The notes beneath the pieces are model-generated. The model was given only the letters and a program-made list of their open reading frames with translations, made no database searches and was not told the DNA's origin. The position numbers were made by a program, and so were the translations under genes. From contig JAXGQI010000008.1 of NCBI GenBank assembly GCA_040766525.1, positions 167 to 64,166 on the forward strand: a DNA stretch of 64,000 nt, read 5' to 3'. The DNA comes from Clostridiales bacterium (lineage in GTDB: Bacteria; Bacillota; Dehalobacteriia; UBA7702). Shown piece by piece: positions 29,680 through 41,999 of the stretch (position 1 is its first letter; each line of letters opens with the position of its first letter).

Positions 29680-31389
29680 ATGAAAAGAGTATGTATTTCG
29701 TTATTTTGGGTTCGACAATATCGGTGATGAAGCGGTATTGTAAACGATGATCCGCTTCCTTGCGGGAGGAGATCGAGGATATCGTGAGATCAATGCCTTA
29801 TCGGACAACTGGCAAAAACATCGGAAGATTACGGCGTCACGGCCTATGACCGTTGGCGCTGGGGGATCTTTCGCCGTGCGATCAAGAGGATCTTTTGATT
29901 AGCGGTGGCGGTAGCCTCTTCCAGGACATTACCGGTAAAAAGTCTTTACTTTATTATTTGCACATCATCAAAATGGCATTACGCCGTAAAAAAACCAGTC
30001 ATTATTTAAGCAGCCAAGGGATCGGCCCCATTGAAAGCCTTTGGGGGCGGAGAAAGACCGTCAAAGTTCTTCGGAAAGCGAAGAAGATCACCGTGCGTGA
30101 TGAGGATTTCCGCGAATACTTTAAAAGCATGGGGCTTTCGCCGTGGACGGGTAAAGGTCACCGCCGACCCGGTTTTGAATATCGGGGATTTGGACAGAGA
30201 TGCGGTCCTGTTGGAGATTGCGTCCTTGCCTCAGGAATATGCGGCCAGATTCAAAGATCGGGCCGAAGCGAATGCTGATGCTGATGTGAATGCAAGCGCG
30301 CCGCCCCAGGAAACCGGGGAAACGGTTGCTACGGCTGATTTAACGGCAGCGGTAGTGGAAGAAGGGAACGATACGCCCATAGCGGAACTGGAAATGCCGG
30401 TAACGGATTTGGAGGCGACCATCGTTTTGGATGATATCCGCCGTATCCTGGCAGAAAAAAGAGTACTCCGTCAAAGAAGAACAAGAGCAAACAGTTGCCG
30501 ACGCCGAAGAAGCTGTGGCGGAAGAAAATACGGAAGCTGCGGCGGGAAGAAGTGCTCGCGGCGGCGGGGAAGCTGCCCCTGAAGAGGAAGCTGCAGCGGC
30601 AGCCGACGGGGAAAGTTTCGTTGCCGAAGCAGCGACGGAAGAAGAAGCGCCGACCGAACCTTTGACGGAAGCGGCTACCGATGGCGCTGAAACTACCGAG
30701 GAAAATTCCGAAGCCACAGCGGAAGCCGGGGATAAAGAAGCCAGACGAAGCAGCAGAAGCTGCTGGAGACGGCTGAGACAACGGAAGCAGCTGCGGAACC
30801 ACGGAAGATGTCGTCACCGTGACGGGAGATCATATTTCCTTTGCGGATTTGAAACGGGCCAGGCGATAAGATCGTTGCGTTTTCCCTGCGCCAATGGGAT
30901 GGGTTACCCGTTGATGATATTGCCTTCTTGGGAGATTATTTGATTGAGCAAGGGTATCGTTTGGTCTTCTTACCCTTCCAGTATCCCGATGATAACCGGA
31001 TGGAAAAAGAGATCATTGGCAAGATCCAGGGGCCTGTTTTGGAGCTTGATCGGAATCTCACCCCTGCGGAAATGCTGTATTGCCTCGATCAGGTAGACTT
31101 TATGTTTGGGATGCGTCTCCACGCCTTGATTATGGCGGCGGCGTTGAAGATTCCCTTTGCTTCTTTGAGTTATGATCCGAAGATTGACGGCTTTGTGAGA
31201 AGTCTCGGCTTGGAAGTTACCGGTTCTTTGGATCAGTATGACAGTGTGGCTTTCATTGAGAACTTCAAACGTGATCTGGAGAAAGCCGATGAGATCAAGG
31301 CGACGATAGAAGAGAATCTTCCCGCTTTACAGGAAAAAGCAGAGGAAGCTACCGAGTATGTCAAGCAACTGCTACAGCGCATTCGTTAA
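29680..31389 (+). CDS. csaB: Polysaccharide pyruvyl transferase CsaB with a large acidic insertion (frameshifted)
   Basis: YFGFDNIGDEA, ISGGGSLFQD, QGIGP, ITVRD and VTADPV, then GMRLHALI and SYDPKI. Confidence 0.85.
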
Positions 31390-31427
31390 ACGCTGCTGCT
31401 AAGGAGATTGGAGAAGAACCAAATATA

Positions 31428-32958
31428 ATGCAAAAGAGTATTTTGCGGGCGACTACGGTCGTCCTGGTGATGAATTTATTGGCGAAGATCCTTGGCTTCG
31501 GCCGGGAAATGGTAATTGCCAGGGTTTTTGGCGCCAATATGTATACGGACGCCTATTTAGTTGCTTATACTTTACCATATTTTTTGCAGACGATCCTTGG
31601 TTTCGCTTTGGTCACGGTTACCGTGCCACTGTTGACGAAATATCTGTTGGATGATAATAAAACAGAAGCCTTCCAAGTCAGCAATTATTTTATCAATATC
31701 GTAATTATTGTAATGACGGGATTTGCGCTGTTGGGCGTTGTTTTGGCGCCCTATTTGGTGAAGATCACCGCGCCGCTTTTCAATGCGGAAACGGCGGCTT
31801 TGGCTACGGAATTGACGCGGATCATGTTCCCCGCAGTCATTTTTATGAGCTTGGGCATGGTGATCACGGGTATTTTAAATGCCCATCACCGGTTTTTAGC
31901 GGCGGCGTTTGCTCCCGGCTTTTCCAGTTTGATCATCATTCTGGGGGTCCTTGTCCTCGGCTCTTCCCAAGGGATTTACGGCCTTGCTGTGGCAACCCTT
32001 GTTAGCTTTGTCGGTTTGATGGTCGTGCAATTACCGAGCCTGTTCCATTTGGGGTATCGTTATGAAGCGAAGATCTCTTTGAGCCATCCCGATGTGAAAA
32101 TGGCGATGAGTACGATCTTGCCGATCGTTTTGGGGACTGCAGTCAATCAGATCTATTTTGCCTTAAACCGCATTTTTGCTTCCGGTTTGGTGGAGGGGAG
32201 TATCTCTGCCTTGAATTATGCCAATAAACTGGGTGAATTTTTCCCGGTGGCGTTCTCTGTATGGCGATTGCCGCGGCAGTTTATCCGTCTTTTACTGAAT
32301 TTGCCCTTAAAGGAGAGCACAGGAAAACTCATGGGCAGTTTGGAAAAGGGGATGGGAATGGTCATGCTCTTAGGATACCGGCGGCAGTCGGCTTGATCGT
32401 ATTGAGGATTCCCATTGTGCAACTGCTTTTTGAGGGGGCGCTTTTACCCTATGAGAATACTTTGCAGACGGCTTCCGCTTTACTCTATTTTTTCCAGTTG
32501 TTCCCTCTTCGCAGCGGTAATTGTTTTAACCAGGGTATTTTATGCTTTTTGGTGATGTAAAGATGCCGGTTTACGCCGGGCTCGTAGGGATTGGATTAAT
32601 GTTGCTTCCAGTTTGCTTTTGCGGGGGCCTTTAGCCCACAGCGGTTTAGCTCAGCTAATTTTTAGCGGCTACCGCCATGTTAATTTTCTATGGTATTGAA
32701 AAAATATCTGCCGGATTTGGCATATCGACCGTTTATTGATTCCTTTTACGCATTACAGCTGCGTTTCTGGTGATGGGGGCGGCGATCCATTTCTCCTTCC
32801 TGCTTTGGGCGGTTTTCGGCAATGACGGCGGTAAGGGGACGATGCTCGTTGTTTTGGGGTTGCGGTGGAATTCTCCTATGTTGCATCGGCATTTTTGTTG
32901 CGGATCAAAGAGGCGAATTATGTGAAAAAGAGATTATTTAAAGCTTCATAAAAAATAA
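31428..32958 (+). CDS. murJ: MurJ/MviN lipid II or polysaccharide flippase (frameshifted)
   Basis: LAKILGFGREMVIA..FGA..DAY, ISALNYANKL and many TMs; end coordinate approximate. Confidence 0.85.
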
Positions 32959-33024
32959 TTCTTATTTCCACATTTTGTTGTATAATATAGACTGTTATTT
33001 TAGGTGGAGCGAAGAGAGGATAAA

Positions 33025-34038
33025 ATGAGAATGCTTTTAGCTTTTGTGGTCGCTTTGGCGGGGCCGATTATGATTGGTAATAAAAAATTAGAATGAAACT
33101 TGGGCGTATATGATCAGCCTGACGCCAGAAAAGTGCATCGGGGGATCACTCCGATGGGCGGTATTGGGATCTATTCTGGATTTTTGGCGGGCCTATTGGT
33201 TTACGGGGCGATGTCAAAACCGGTTTTGGGTTTATTGATCAGCAGTACGATCGTGGTAGCGGTGGGATTTTATGACGATGTGAAAGGGATCTCACCCAAA
33301 ATGAAGCTTTTAGGGCAGGTCGTTGCTGCGATTGTTTTGATTAGCTTTGGCGTGCGTTTGGAATTTTTGACCAATCCAATCAATAATAGCTTGATTGATC
33401 TTGGTTTTTGGGGTTTGCCGATCACCCTGTTATGGCTGATTGGCGTTTCGAATGCGGTGAACTTGATCGACGGTCTCGACGGTTTGGCCGGAGGGATTTC
33501 CGCGATCGCCGCTTTGTCCTTGGCTGTTGTATCCCTCTCGAAGGGCTTTTTCGTCAGCGGTGCGGTTGCCCTGATCTTGGTTGGTAGCTTAGTGGGATTT
33601 TTACGCTATAATCTTCACCCGGCCCAACTGTTCATGGGGGATTGTGGCGCTTTGTTCCTCGGTTTTGTTTTGGGCGCTCTGTCGATTCTCGGTTTGTCCG
33701 AGGGGACTACCGTGATTGCGCTGTTTATCCCAATCATGGTTTTGGGGATTCCGATTTTGGATACATTTTTTGCCATTGTGCGCCGCTATAAAAACAAGAA
33801 ACCGATATTTGAAGCAGATAAAGGCCATCTCCATCATCGACTTTTGGATATGGGGGTGGATCATAAATATACCGTGCTTTTTATCTATGCCATTACATTT
33901 ATCCTCGGTGCCCTGGCTGTGTTGGTGACCCTTTTAACTACGGTTTTTAGTATTATTTTGTTGTTGCTTACCATTGGAATGATTTTTGTGGTCGCTGCTC
34001 GCCTCGGTATCATGGGTGACGGAAAACCTTCTGTGTAA
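33025..34038 (+). CDS. TagO/WecA-type undecaprenyl-phosphate GlcNAc-1-P transferase
   Basis: YDD, NAVNLIDGLDGLA, FMGDCG and DKGHLHHRL; indels near the start. Confidence 0.88.
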
Positions 34039-34088
34039 AGGCTATCGTTTAGAAACATATTCCCATCAAGAGAAAGAAGTGAGAGCAT

Positions 34089-34703
34089 TTGAAAAGAAAG
34101 ATTTTGATTTTAATCATCATTGCAATTGTCTGTTTAGCAGGCGGATTTTTCACCGGTCAATTGATCCAGAGCGGCGGGGTCTCCTATGTGATGGCGTTAT
34201 TCTCCGGTGATGACGATGTCGACGAGAATATCGGCCGTACGATGACGACCGGCGCTTATATCGTCAATGTGCGCAAAGCCCCGGACAGCCAGGCGGTGGT
34301 GCTCAATACGTTAAATCAAAATACCGAAGTGGAATTCCTCGGTGAGGAGAACGGTTGGTATAAAATCGGCTTGGATGGCGGCGAGACAGGGTATGTTGTC
34401 GCTTCTTTCCTGACTTTTGTTGACGATGTCGATCCCATTACAGAAGAGGAACCGGAAACTACAGTAACGGAAACCACGGAAACGCCTGCTGCCGATGAAG
34501 TGGAAGAGGTTGAAAAACGGGTATATCTTACCAATGAATTTGCTAATATTCGTTCCGGTCCCGGTGTTGAAAACGATAAAGTAACGGTCCTCTATGAAGG
34601 GGAAAGCGCCCTTTATCTCGATACGGAAGGGGATTGGTATCAACTGGAATTGGATGACGGTACCATCGGTTATGTGAATACGCCGCTGGCGGAAGTCCGA
34701 TAG
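34089..34703 (+). CDS. Membrane-anchored protein with two bacterial SH3 domains
   Basis: N-terminal TM; VNVRKAP..GWYKI..GYV and ANIRSGPG..DWYQL..GYV. Confidence 0.85.
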   Translation: MKRKILILIIIAIVCLAGGFFTGQLIQSGGVSYVMALFSGDDDVDENIGRTMTTGAYIVNVRKAPDSQAVVLNTLNQNTEVEFLGEENGWYKIGLDGGETGYVVASFLTFVDDVDPITEEEPETTVTETTETPAADEVEEVEKRVYLTNEFANIRSGPGVENDKVTVLYEGESALYLDTEGDWYQLELDDGTIGYVNTPLAEVR

Positions 34704-34795
34704 AATCGTTTATGATTGATATGAAGTGGGATGGAGGGACGCCCTTCATTCCATTTCTTAATGTAAAGACAATGTGGGCAAAGGAGGATGAAAAC

Positions 34796-35453
34796 GTGAC
34801 AACCGAAACGGAAACGGCAATTGCCGCTATGAATGCGCTGCTCCATAGCGATCAGAATGCCGACGTCGTGGCAGAACGCTTCTTCCCTATTTGCAATCGT
34901 CGGAATATCTGATCCGCAGCAAAAGCCTTTACTTTTTTACGATTTTTCGCCCGCTGCCTTCTTTATGTGAGACGCTCTTAGCCTTTTGGAAAAAAGGGGA
35001 GATGAGCGGGAATAGAGCTTTCGGGCTTTGGCCGCTTTGGAGGCTTTGGGGGATCCGTCCGTTGTGCCTCGCCTGTGTCCCTTGCTTTTTCAGCGGGAAG
35101 ACCCCTCTTAATTCGGGGCGCGCCAACGGGGTGATCGCCGCTTTGGGCGGCGTTAAAGAACGGTAAGGCAGTCGCTCTATTGTTGCTCCATCCCCAACCG
35201 TTCTTATTTAAAAGATCGCTTTGATTGCCGCGGCTTTAACCAAATTGCTCGCTTCGCCGGAAGAAGCCAGATGTGGGAAGAAAAGCGCTGCAAAAATCAA
35301 GAGCTGGCAGATGCCTACCGTGAGTTTATGCCGCTGATGGAACAAAAAACGCTGATCGGCGTTTATCCTTTTAGAGATTATCTTTTGATGATGGCAAGAA
35401 AACAAGGCTTGGAAGACCGTGTTTTCCAGCGGGCGATGTATTATCGTTTATGA
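34796..35453 (+). CDS. Hypothetical protein, possibly HEAT/PBS-lyase repeat (frameshifted)
   Basis: RBS AAGGAGG plus GTG; fragment RALAALEALGDPSVVPRL. Confidence 0.4.
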
Positions 35454-35520
35454 GTTGTGCACGCCTTTCCCTGATCTTGGTTTTATGCTATACTTTGCCT
35501 TGTAGATCATTTGAGTGGGT

Positions 35521-38500
35521 ATGAAGATGAAAATAGCCTTCCCGAAAACGAAAAAAACAAGAATCATCGCTGCCTCTGTTTTAGGTGCGGTTCTATTGTT
35601 ATTGGCCGTGGTTGTATACCTGGGGATGGGGCAGGAAACGCGCTATCCCAGCAGCGGCTATACCTTGTTGCCAAGGGAATATGATGCAGCCGGGATTGAT
35701 GATATCCGCGGTTTTGAATTGAAGATACCGGAAGGAACTTTTGTGACGGAAGAGGACATTCGGGCCAATCTTACGGTTGAGCCTGCCTTTTCCTATTTTC
35801 TTGTTCCCGACGGCAGAGATTATATCTTAAAGCCGAATCAACCTTTAGAGGCCGGTCAAACCTATACCTTGATCTATCAAGACGGAGAGGAGAGCTATTC
35901 CTTTTCCTATCAGGTGCGGCAGGAACCAAAGATTTTGACTTGTTCTCTTGATCAGAGCGCGGGGATTGCCCTGGATGCTCCTTTGGTGATTACATTTGCC
36001 GGTGGGTCGATGGCCCATCCGGAAGATGATATTGAGATCAGTCCCAAAGTTGACGGCGAATGGACGGTTACGGAAGACGCCGTCACTTTTCAGCCGGTAA
36101 AATGGCAGGATGGAACATATTACCAGGTGGAAGTTGCTGTGGATGCGGAAATGAACGGGATTGACCGTACGCTGGGGGCCGGTGCAAGCTTCTCTTTTGA
36201 AACGCAAAATCCAGCCGATCGTATCCCTACGAGCGATTATTTTACCGCCGAAAATATCGATCTGACCATCTTGCCGGGAGCAGAGATTCAGATCCCCGTT
36301 TCTTATTATCATGTGGATAATGCCAAAGCGTTGCCGGTCACGATGGAAATTTGGGCTTTCCCGGATGAAGAAAGTTATCTTGAGGGTTTCGGTCCCATCT
36401 ATGCGTTGCCGTCTTGGGCGACCTATACCCGCAGCCAAACGCAGGTAGAGACGAAAGGGCTGGATAAAATCGGCAGGGTGGAGACCCAGATCCAAACGGG
36501 AGACGCGGATTCTTATGTGGTTTATGACGGTACGCTTGATGCGGGTACCTATTTGTTCCGTTTGGAACTGAATGATCAAAGCGTGGATATCGCCGTCCAT
36601 GTGAGCCGTATCGACGGTACTTCTTTTGTATCCGATGGAACGCTCCATGTTTGGTGTCATCGGGATGGCGAGGCGCTTTCCGGCGCTAAGGTTACATGGG
36701 CAGGGAAGAAGTTACACTCGACCAAAAAGGGCTATGGCGCCCTTCCCATCGCGGAAACGGGCGGTCAACGGCAGTTATTTTACCGTATCCACGACCGATG
36801 AAACCCGGGCCTTTTTCCTCAATACGGAAGAGACAGGCTATGCGGGAGACGTTTTCCTCGATAAAAAAACCTATACTTTTGCAGGAAGAGATCATTGTTT
36901 CCGGCTATGGCGAAAGCGGATTCGGTGCCGATCTTCCGGATAGCGGCGTCATTATCTTGCTAAATCAAGGGAAGGGAAGTGCCTCGTTTAACGGTCAAAC
37001 CGGATCAAAGCGGGCGCTTTTGACAAGCCTATCAGCGGATGATCTGCCTGCCGGAGAATATGAGGTTTTTCTTCTCTTTGGAGACGAGCGGTAGCCTCAA
37101 CCGGATTGCCGTGTCTTCTTCTGATCGGGAAGGAATCCCGTTGTTATGTGGAACAAACAGAAAGAGACGATCTTGAGCGGAGAAGGAAGTGTCCTTTGTC
37201 GTTCATGTTTGTGATGACGCCGGAAACCCGATCGAAGGGGCAAAGGTAACCTTCAGCGATCCGGGATGGGGAAGCCGGAACGGACGAAAATGGAGAAGCC
37301 GTCTTTTACCGCCGTTTTACCGGGGATTCCGCTTGCCTGCCCGGGAGCAGCAAGTAGAGATTTCCGTATCGGTTGTGGGGATGGATCCTGTGGTTGTGCC
37401 CGCGGTTGTTTTGATCGTTCGTGAAGGCAGCGTTCTCTCTTTGGATTATGATACTTTGGGGGATAATACCTTTACAGTAGAGGGAAATCTGGCGGGCTAT
37501 ACGGTTCGCAACGGAGAAATGACGCGATTCCCGATAAGAACCGGGGGTAACGGTGAAAATCTACCGTTTGAATCCCGGGGAGGAAGGCACGCTCTTAGTG
37601 GAAGACAAGGTTTATAGCGATAGCGATGGCGATTTTTCCCTTTCCTTTTCTGCGGAAGCGGGCTATTCCTATTGGATCACGGGAGAAAGTGACGATGAGG
37701 AAGCGATCAAACGGGAAGACAGTTTCTTTGTGACGGCAATGGATGGGGACAATAGCGGTGACCATTTGCATTTTGCTGTCGCTGGCGCTACCGTAGCGTT
37801 GGCCGAGGAAGAGGATACCGCAAGCTTTACCCTTTCTTATCTTGACGGAGAATATGCATTGTCGTCCCAAGCTGCGAGCGCTTTATCACAGGGCATGGAC
37901 GCCGTTTCCATTGCAGCGGGTGAGAGATCAGCGCAGAGCTTGCCGCCGCAGGAGGCGATGGCATTTTTGTTTTGGCTGAGCTTTATAGCGGTGCTTTGCC
38001 GCCGGCCTATGAGAGCTGTTTCCTATGAAGAAGACGCCTTGGGCGCTTTCGGTTTTGAGCCGGTGGTGATGTCCTCCTATCTGCCGGGAGAAGATGGTGA
38101 TTTTTCTTTCTCCCTGCCGACGGCTAATCTTTCCGGCCAATATTTCTTGCGGTTTTGGCTCTACCGTGCGGGGACGCCGGCAGTAGCTTATTATTATCCT
38201 GTGGAGATTCGTTCCGGCTATCAACTCTTTGGTTTGGTTCCGAAAACCGTGCTTTTAGGGGAAGAAGCAAAGATCTCTTGAAAACAGAAAATGATGCGGC
38301 CTTTGATGCGCCGATCAAATATCAGAATCGTCCTACCGGACCTGACGGCGAGAAAAGGTCAGTGAAGCGGCTTCTTATGTTGGGAGCACCTTATCCCTCT
38401 CTTTGGATGTGGTAACGGAAGGGGCGCATACGCTTCCGTTTCCCTTCTGCGGGAAGGCCGGAAGGTGGCGACCAAAACGTATGATCTTACCGTTTACGGC

Positions 38501-39670
38501 GGGGAGGCTGCTCTCTACGAGGTCACCCTGGATCCCGGGCTGGAACGGGAAGAAGATGAAGAAGATCTTCGTGCCTGCTGAAGACGGGGCCAAAAGCCCA
38601 AACCTTATTTTTCGCAGAATATTTTGCCCGGTGATCATCTCTTCCAGGTGATGGGCCAAAAATTGATTACTGATGCTTTGGGGGCCGATGCGCCGACGAT
38701 GCTTTATCGCCCGGACGGCAATGTTTTATCCTATCAAAATTCCGATGGCAGTTTTAGCCGTTATGCGGGAGGCAATGGCGATTTGCTGCTTTCCGCTTTG
38801 GTGGCGGAAAATACGGCCGTCCAATACAATGAAGAGGCTTTAGCCGCTTTTATTCTTAGCAAAATCGAGAGCACCAAAGATCGTGAGACCCGTTTGCTCG
38901 GTTATTGGGGGGCTGAGTGTTTTTAGTGATGAGGCCCTTTCCGATATGCAGGCATATTGGGAGAAAATCTCAGCAGCAAAGAAAAATTGTATTTGGCGGA
39001 AGGACTTTTCGAATCTTCAGGATACGGAGAGAGCGCGGACGCTTTATGAGAAGAGGTGAAAGCGGGGTTCCTTACTCGGGGAGGACAACCCGACCTTTAA
39101 AGATACGGATAATCAGCAGCGTTTTGTTTATCGGCTTCTCTTTGTCCACTTAGGGTTGGGATTGGGCGAAAGATGATTTAGACGGTTTTATCGCCGAGCT
39201 TGCCACAGTCGAAAGGGTGAAACGATGACGGGGCGGTATCTGATGACGCTCTGTTTGTTAGTACAATGGATACCGACAGCATGGTGCGCTATGATGAGGG
39301 GACCCGGGATGACGGCCAGTCGCTGATCGCTTTTTCCCCAGCGGAAATCGAAACGGAAGAACGCATCGATATTGCCTACTATATTGGCGACGACCAAGTA
39401 ACCAAAGGTCGAAAAGGGAGATATCGTCCGCCTTTCCCTCTATTGGGGCGGATATTATCAGAAGAATTCCTTGTATAATGGTCTATATGAAACCGGATGC
39501 CGGGATCAAAGTGCTGTCAACGGATGGTATCCAGCGAAGAAGGGTATATCCTGATGATCGAGGCGGATACAGGGGCCGAGCTCTACTTTGAGGCATTGAA
39601 TCCGGTTCTCATCTTGCCAGCGATATTGTCCTTTTCAATTTGACCCAAGGGACAGTGGTCGGTAAATGCT
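35521..39670 (+). CDS. Large membrane-anchored Ig-like / alpha-2-macroglobulin-like protein (heavily frameshifted)
   Basis: N-terminal TM, Big_5-like beta segments, VFLDKKTY (MG2-like) and YQNSDGSFS (TED-like). Confidence 0.55.
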
Positions 39671-39695
39671 ATGGAGAGGGGATCACGGTACAATA

Positions 39696-40543
39696 ATGGA
39701 TAAGAAGAAGATCGTTATTCTGTTATCGTTTGCCATCATTATATGGGTCTCCGTTGCTGCCTGGGCAATTACCACCCAACGGGTTCCGGGGTCGATCCCA
39801 TTTATCCTACGGTGCAAGGGATATTTATCTGCAACGGAGAATACTTTGTTTACTCTGTTGCGGAGGCCAAGACCGTGGATGGGGAGATCAGTTGTGTGAT
39901 TTTACCGCATCCGTACCAAAATCCCAGTGGAACCGCGGAAGCCTTGGCTTCTTTGGCTAAAAGCTCTTACGGCAATCAGATCGTGCTGGTTTCTTTTGCA
40001 TCCGGCAGCGGCAGGACCCCGGTAACGGGAGATTATAGCTGGCAAACACCTTTCGGCGTTATCTCTCCCGGATCTAGTCAGCTGCAAGACCTTATTTCCG
40101 CCGGTGTGAAAACGGACAATCAAATATTGGGCAAAGAAAGCGATTTGGGTTTGTTGATGATTTACTTGCAATATTATTTGCAAGATATCAAGGTGACGCC
40201 GCTACTTCTCGATCGGGATATGACGGCGGCAGAGATGAAGGAGGTTCTTGCTCCCATCTCCATCATCGGGGGAAATACGACCCTTTTGATCGTGCCTCCC
40301 TATGTAGCGGAAGAAAAAGAATTGCCCTTTAGCGATAATCGGGATTGGGCCCAAGTGTTATCTCCCGGTGGCGGTGCGCTCACCGGATATTTGGAGGATA
40401 GCGCGATCCAGGGACTCACCGTTGCGGAAGCGTTATTGCCCACCGACGAGCAGAACATCATCTCTCTTTATTATTCCAAGGATGAGGAGCGAACAATAGA
40501 GTGTTTTAGCGATCTTTTAATCTTCTACGGTAGTGAAAACTAA
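39696..40543 (+). CDS. Membrane-anchored Memo/AmrB-like protein, degenerate
   Basis: TM at the start (in a shifted frame), then ILPH, WQTPFG and KVTPLLL. Confidence 0.5.
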
Positions 40544-40632
40544 AACTAAAGTTTTATCATGACGGGCTCTTGCATATCGTTAGATGCGGGGGCGCTGTGA
40601 AGAATTTGATCCCCCGTATGGGGGATTTTTTT

Positions 40633-41850
40633 ATGGAGAAATTGGCCAAAGCTTATGATATCCATTGCCACTTGATGAATTTGAGCCATCCTGATTTCCT
40701 CGCATTTTTGAGCAGAGTCTATGGTGATATTGCGCCGAAGCGGATCAAGATGCCCTTAGTCTTTCAGACATTGGCGATCGTTTCCTTTTTCAGTGAGCTG
40801 AATCGGGGACGCATCTTGGGTTGGTTGTTCCGTAAATCCGGGGTCGCCGCTTTCCAGGACAGAGTGGTCAACCTTTTTTCTTTTATGGAGAATGATATCT
40901 ATCATATGTTGCGTTTGGTTGAAGAAGATCTGCGCAGCCATTTGGATCCCTTGCCCTTTGAAAAGCTGGTGCTTACGCCGTTGATCATGGATTTCGGCCA
41001 TCTGGCCGATAGCGTTGTCCCCAATCTCTACCGCCGCAGAAATAAGCCCGTTTGGGAACAGGCCACTGATTTGATCGGCGGTATCCGCGTCTACTGTGAG
41101 AACGTAGAAGATCCGCTTTTAGCCGTTTATCCCTTCTGGGGTTTGAATCCTGCCAATTATACGGGGAAGCAAATGGAAGAGACGATCTTCCGGCTTTTCG
41201 GCGATTATCGGGGGGATGAAGAATTGATGCACCGGGAAATCTGCGGTTTTAAGGGGAGTGCAGGGGAGATGGGGAGCAATCTCTTCGCCGGGGTGAAGCT
41301 TTATCCGCCATTGAATTGTGATCCCTGGCCGGAGGATCGAAAAGAGCGGGAAAAATGGGAAATGTTTTATCGCCTGGCGGAAGAGAAGGGTTTGCCGATC
41401 ACCGTCCACTGCAGCGATAACGGTTACCGTATCATTGATAAAGAAACCGCTCTTGCTTTTACGGATCCCCGGCGTTGGACGCCCGTATTGGCCAAATATC
41501 CGCATTTAAAAGTGAATTTTGCCCATTTGGGCCGCGGCAAATTGTCCCCAACGTGGGAAGACGCGATCATCGACTTTATGATGCACTATCCGAATGTATA
41601 CGGCGATTTTTCCAATCGCGGCGTCAATTTGCGGGAATATGAAAAGATCTACCGCATTATGGAAAAGGGGGTTATGCCTAAAATCGCTCGGCGCATCCTT
41701 TTTGGATCGGATTTTATGATCAATCTTTTATGGTTGGAGAGCTACAGCGACTATTTTGAACTGTTTTTTCAAAGCGAGGCGTTTTCTACTTTCCAGAAGA
41801 TGCAGTTTATGCAAAAAAATCCCGGACGTTTTCTCTTTGGCTATCGTTAA
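40633..41850 (+). CDS. Amidohydrolase_2 family metallohydrolase
   Basis: DIHCH, GVKLYPPL, PITVHC, NFAHLG and LFGSDF. Confidence 0.85.
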   Translation: MEKLAKAYDIHCHLMNLSHPDFLAFLSRVYGDIAPKRIKMPLVFQTLAIVSFFSELNRGRILGWLFRKSGVAAFQDRVVNLFSFMENDIYHMLRLVEEDLRSHLDPLPFEKLVLTPLIMDFGHLADSVVPNLYRRRNKPVWEQATDLIGGIRVYCENVEDPLLAVYPFWGLNPANYTGKQMEETIFRLFGDYRGDEELMHREICGFKGSAGEMGSNLFAGVKLYPPLNCDPWPEDRKEREKWEMFYRLAEEKGLPITVHCSDNGYRIIDKETALAFTDPRRWTPVLAKYPHLKVNFAHLGRGKLSPTWEDAIIDFMMHYPNVYGDFSNRGVNLREYEKIYRIMEKGVMPKIARRILFGSDFMINLLWLESYSDYFELFFQSEAFSTFQKMQFMQKNPGRFLFGYR

Positions 41851-41999
41851 AGGTTCCTTGTTTTTCGTGACGGATTCCTCCCCTTGGATGAAAAGAGAAG
41901 ATTCTCCCTACTTTCGCAGAAAAAAGAGGAAGTCCCCTTTTGATTGCGAATACTGATAAGGAGTGTTGGCGTAAAGCCATTATTTGGGAGGAAAAGAGG

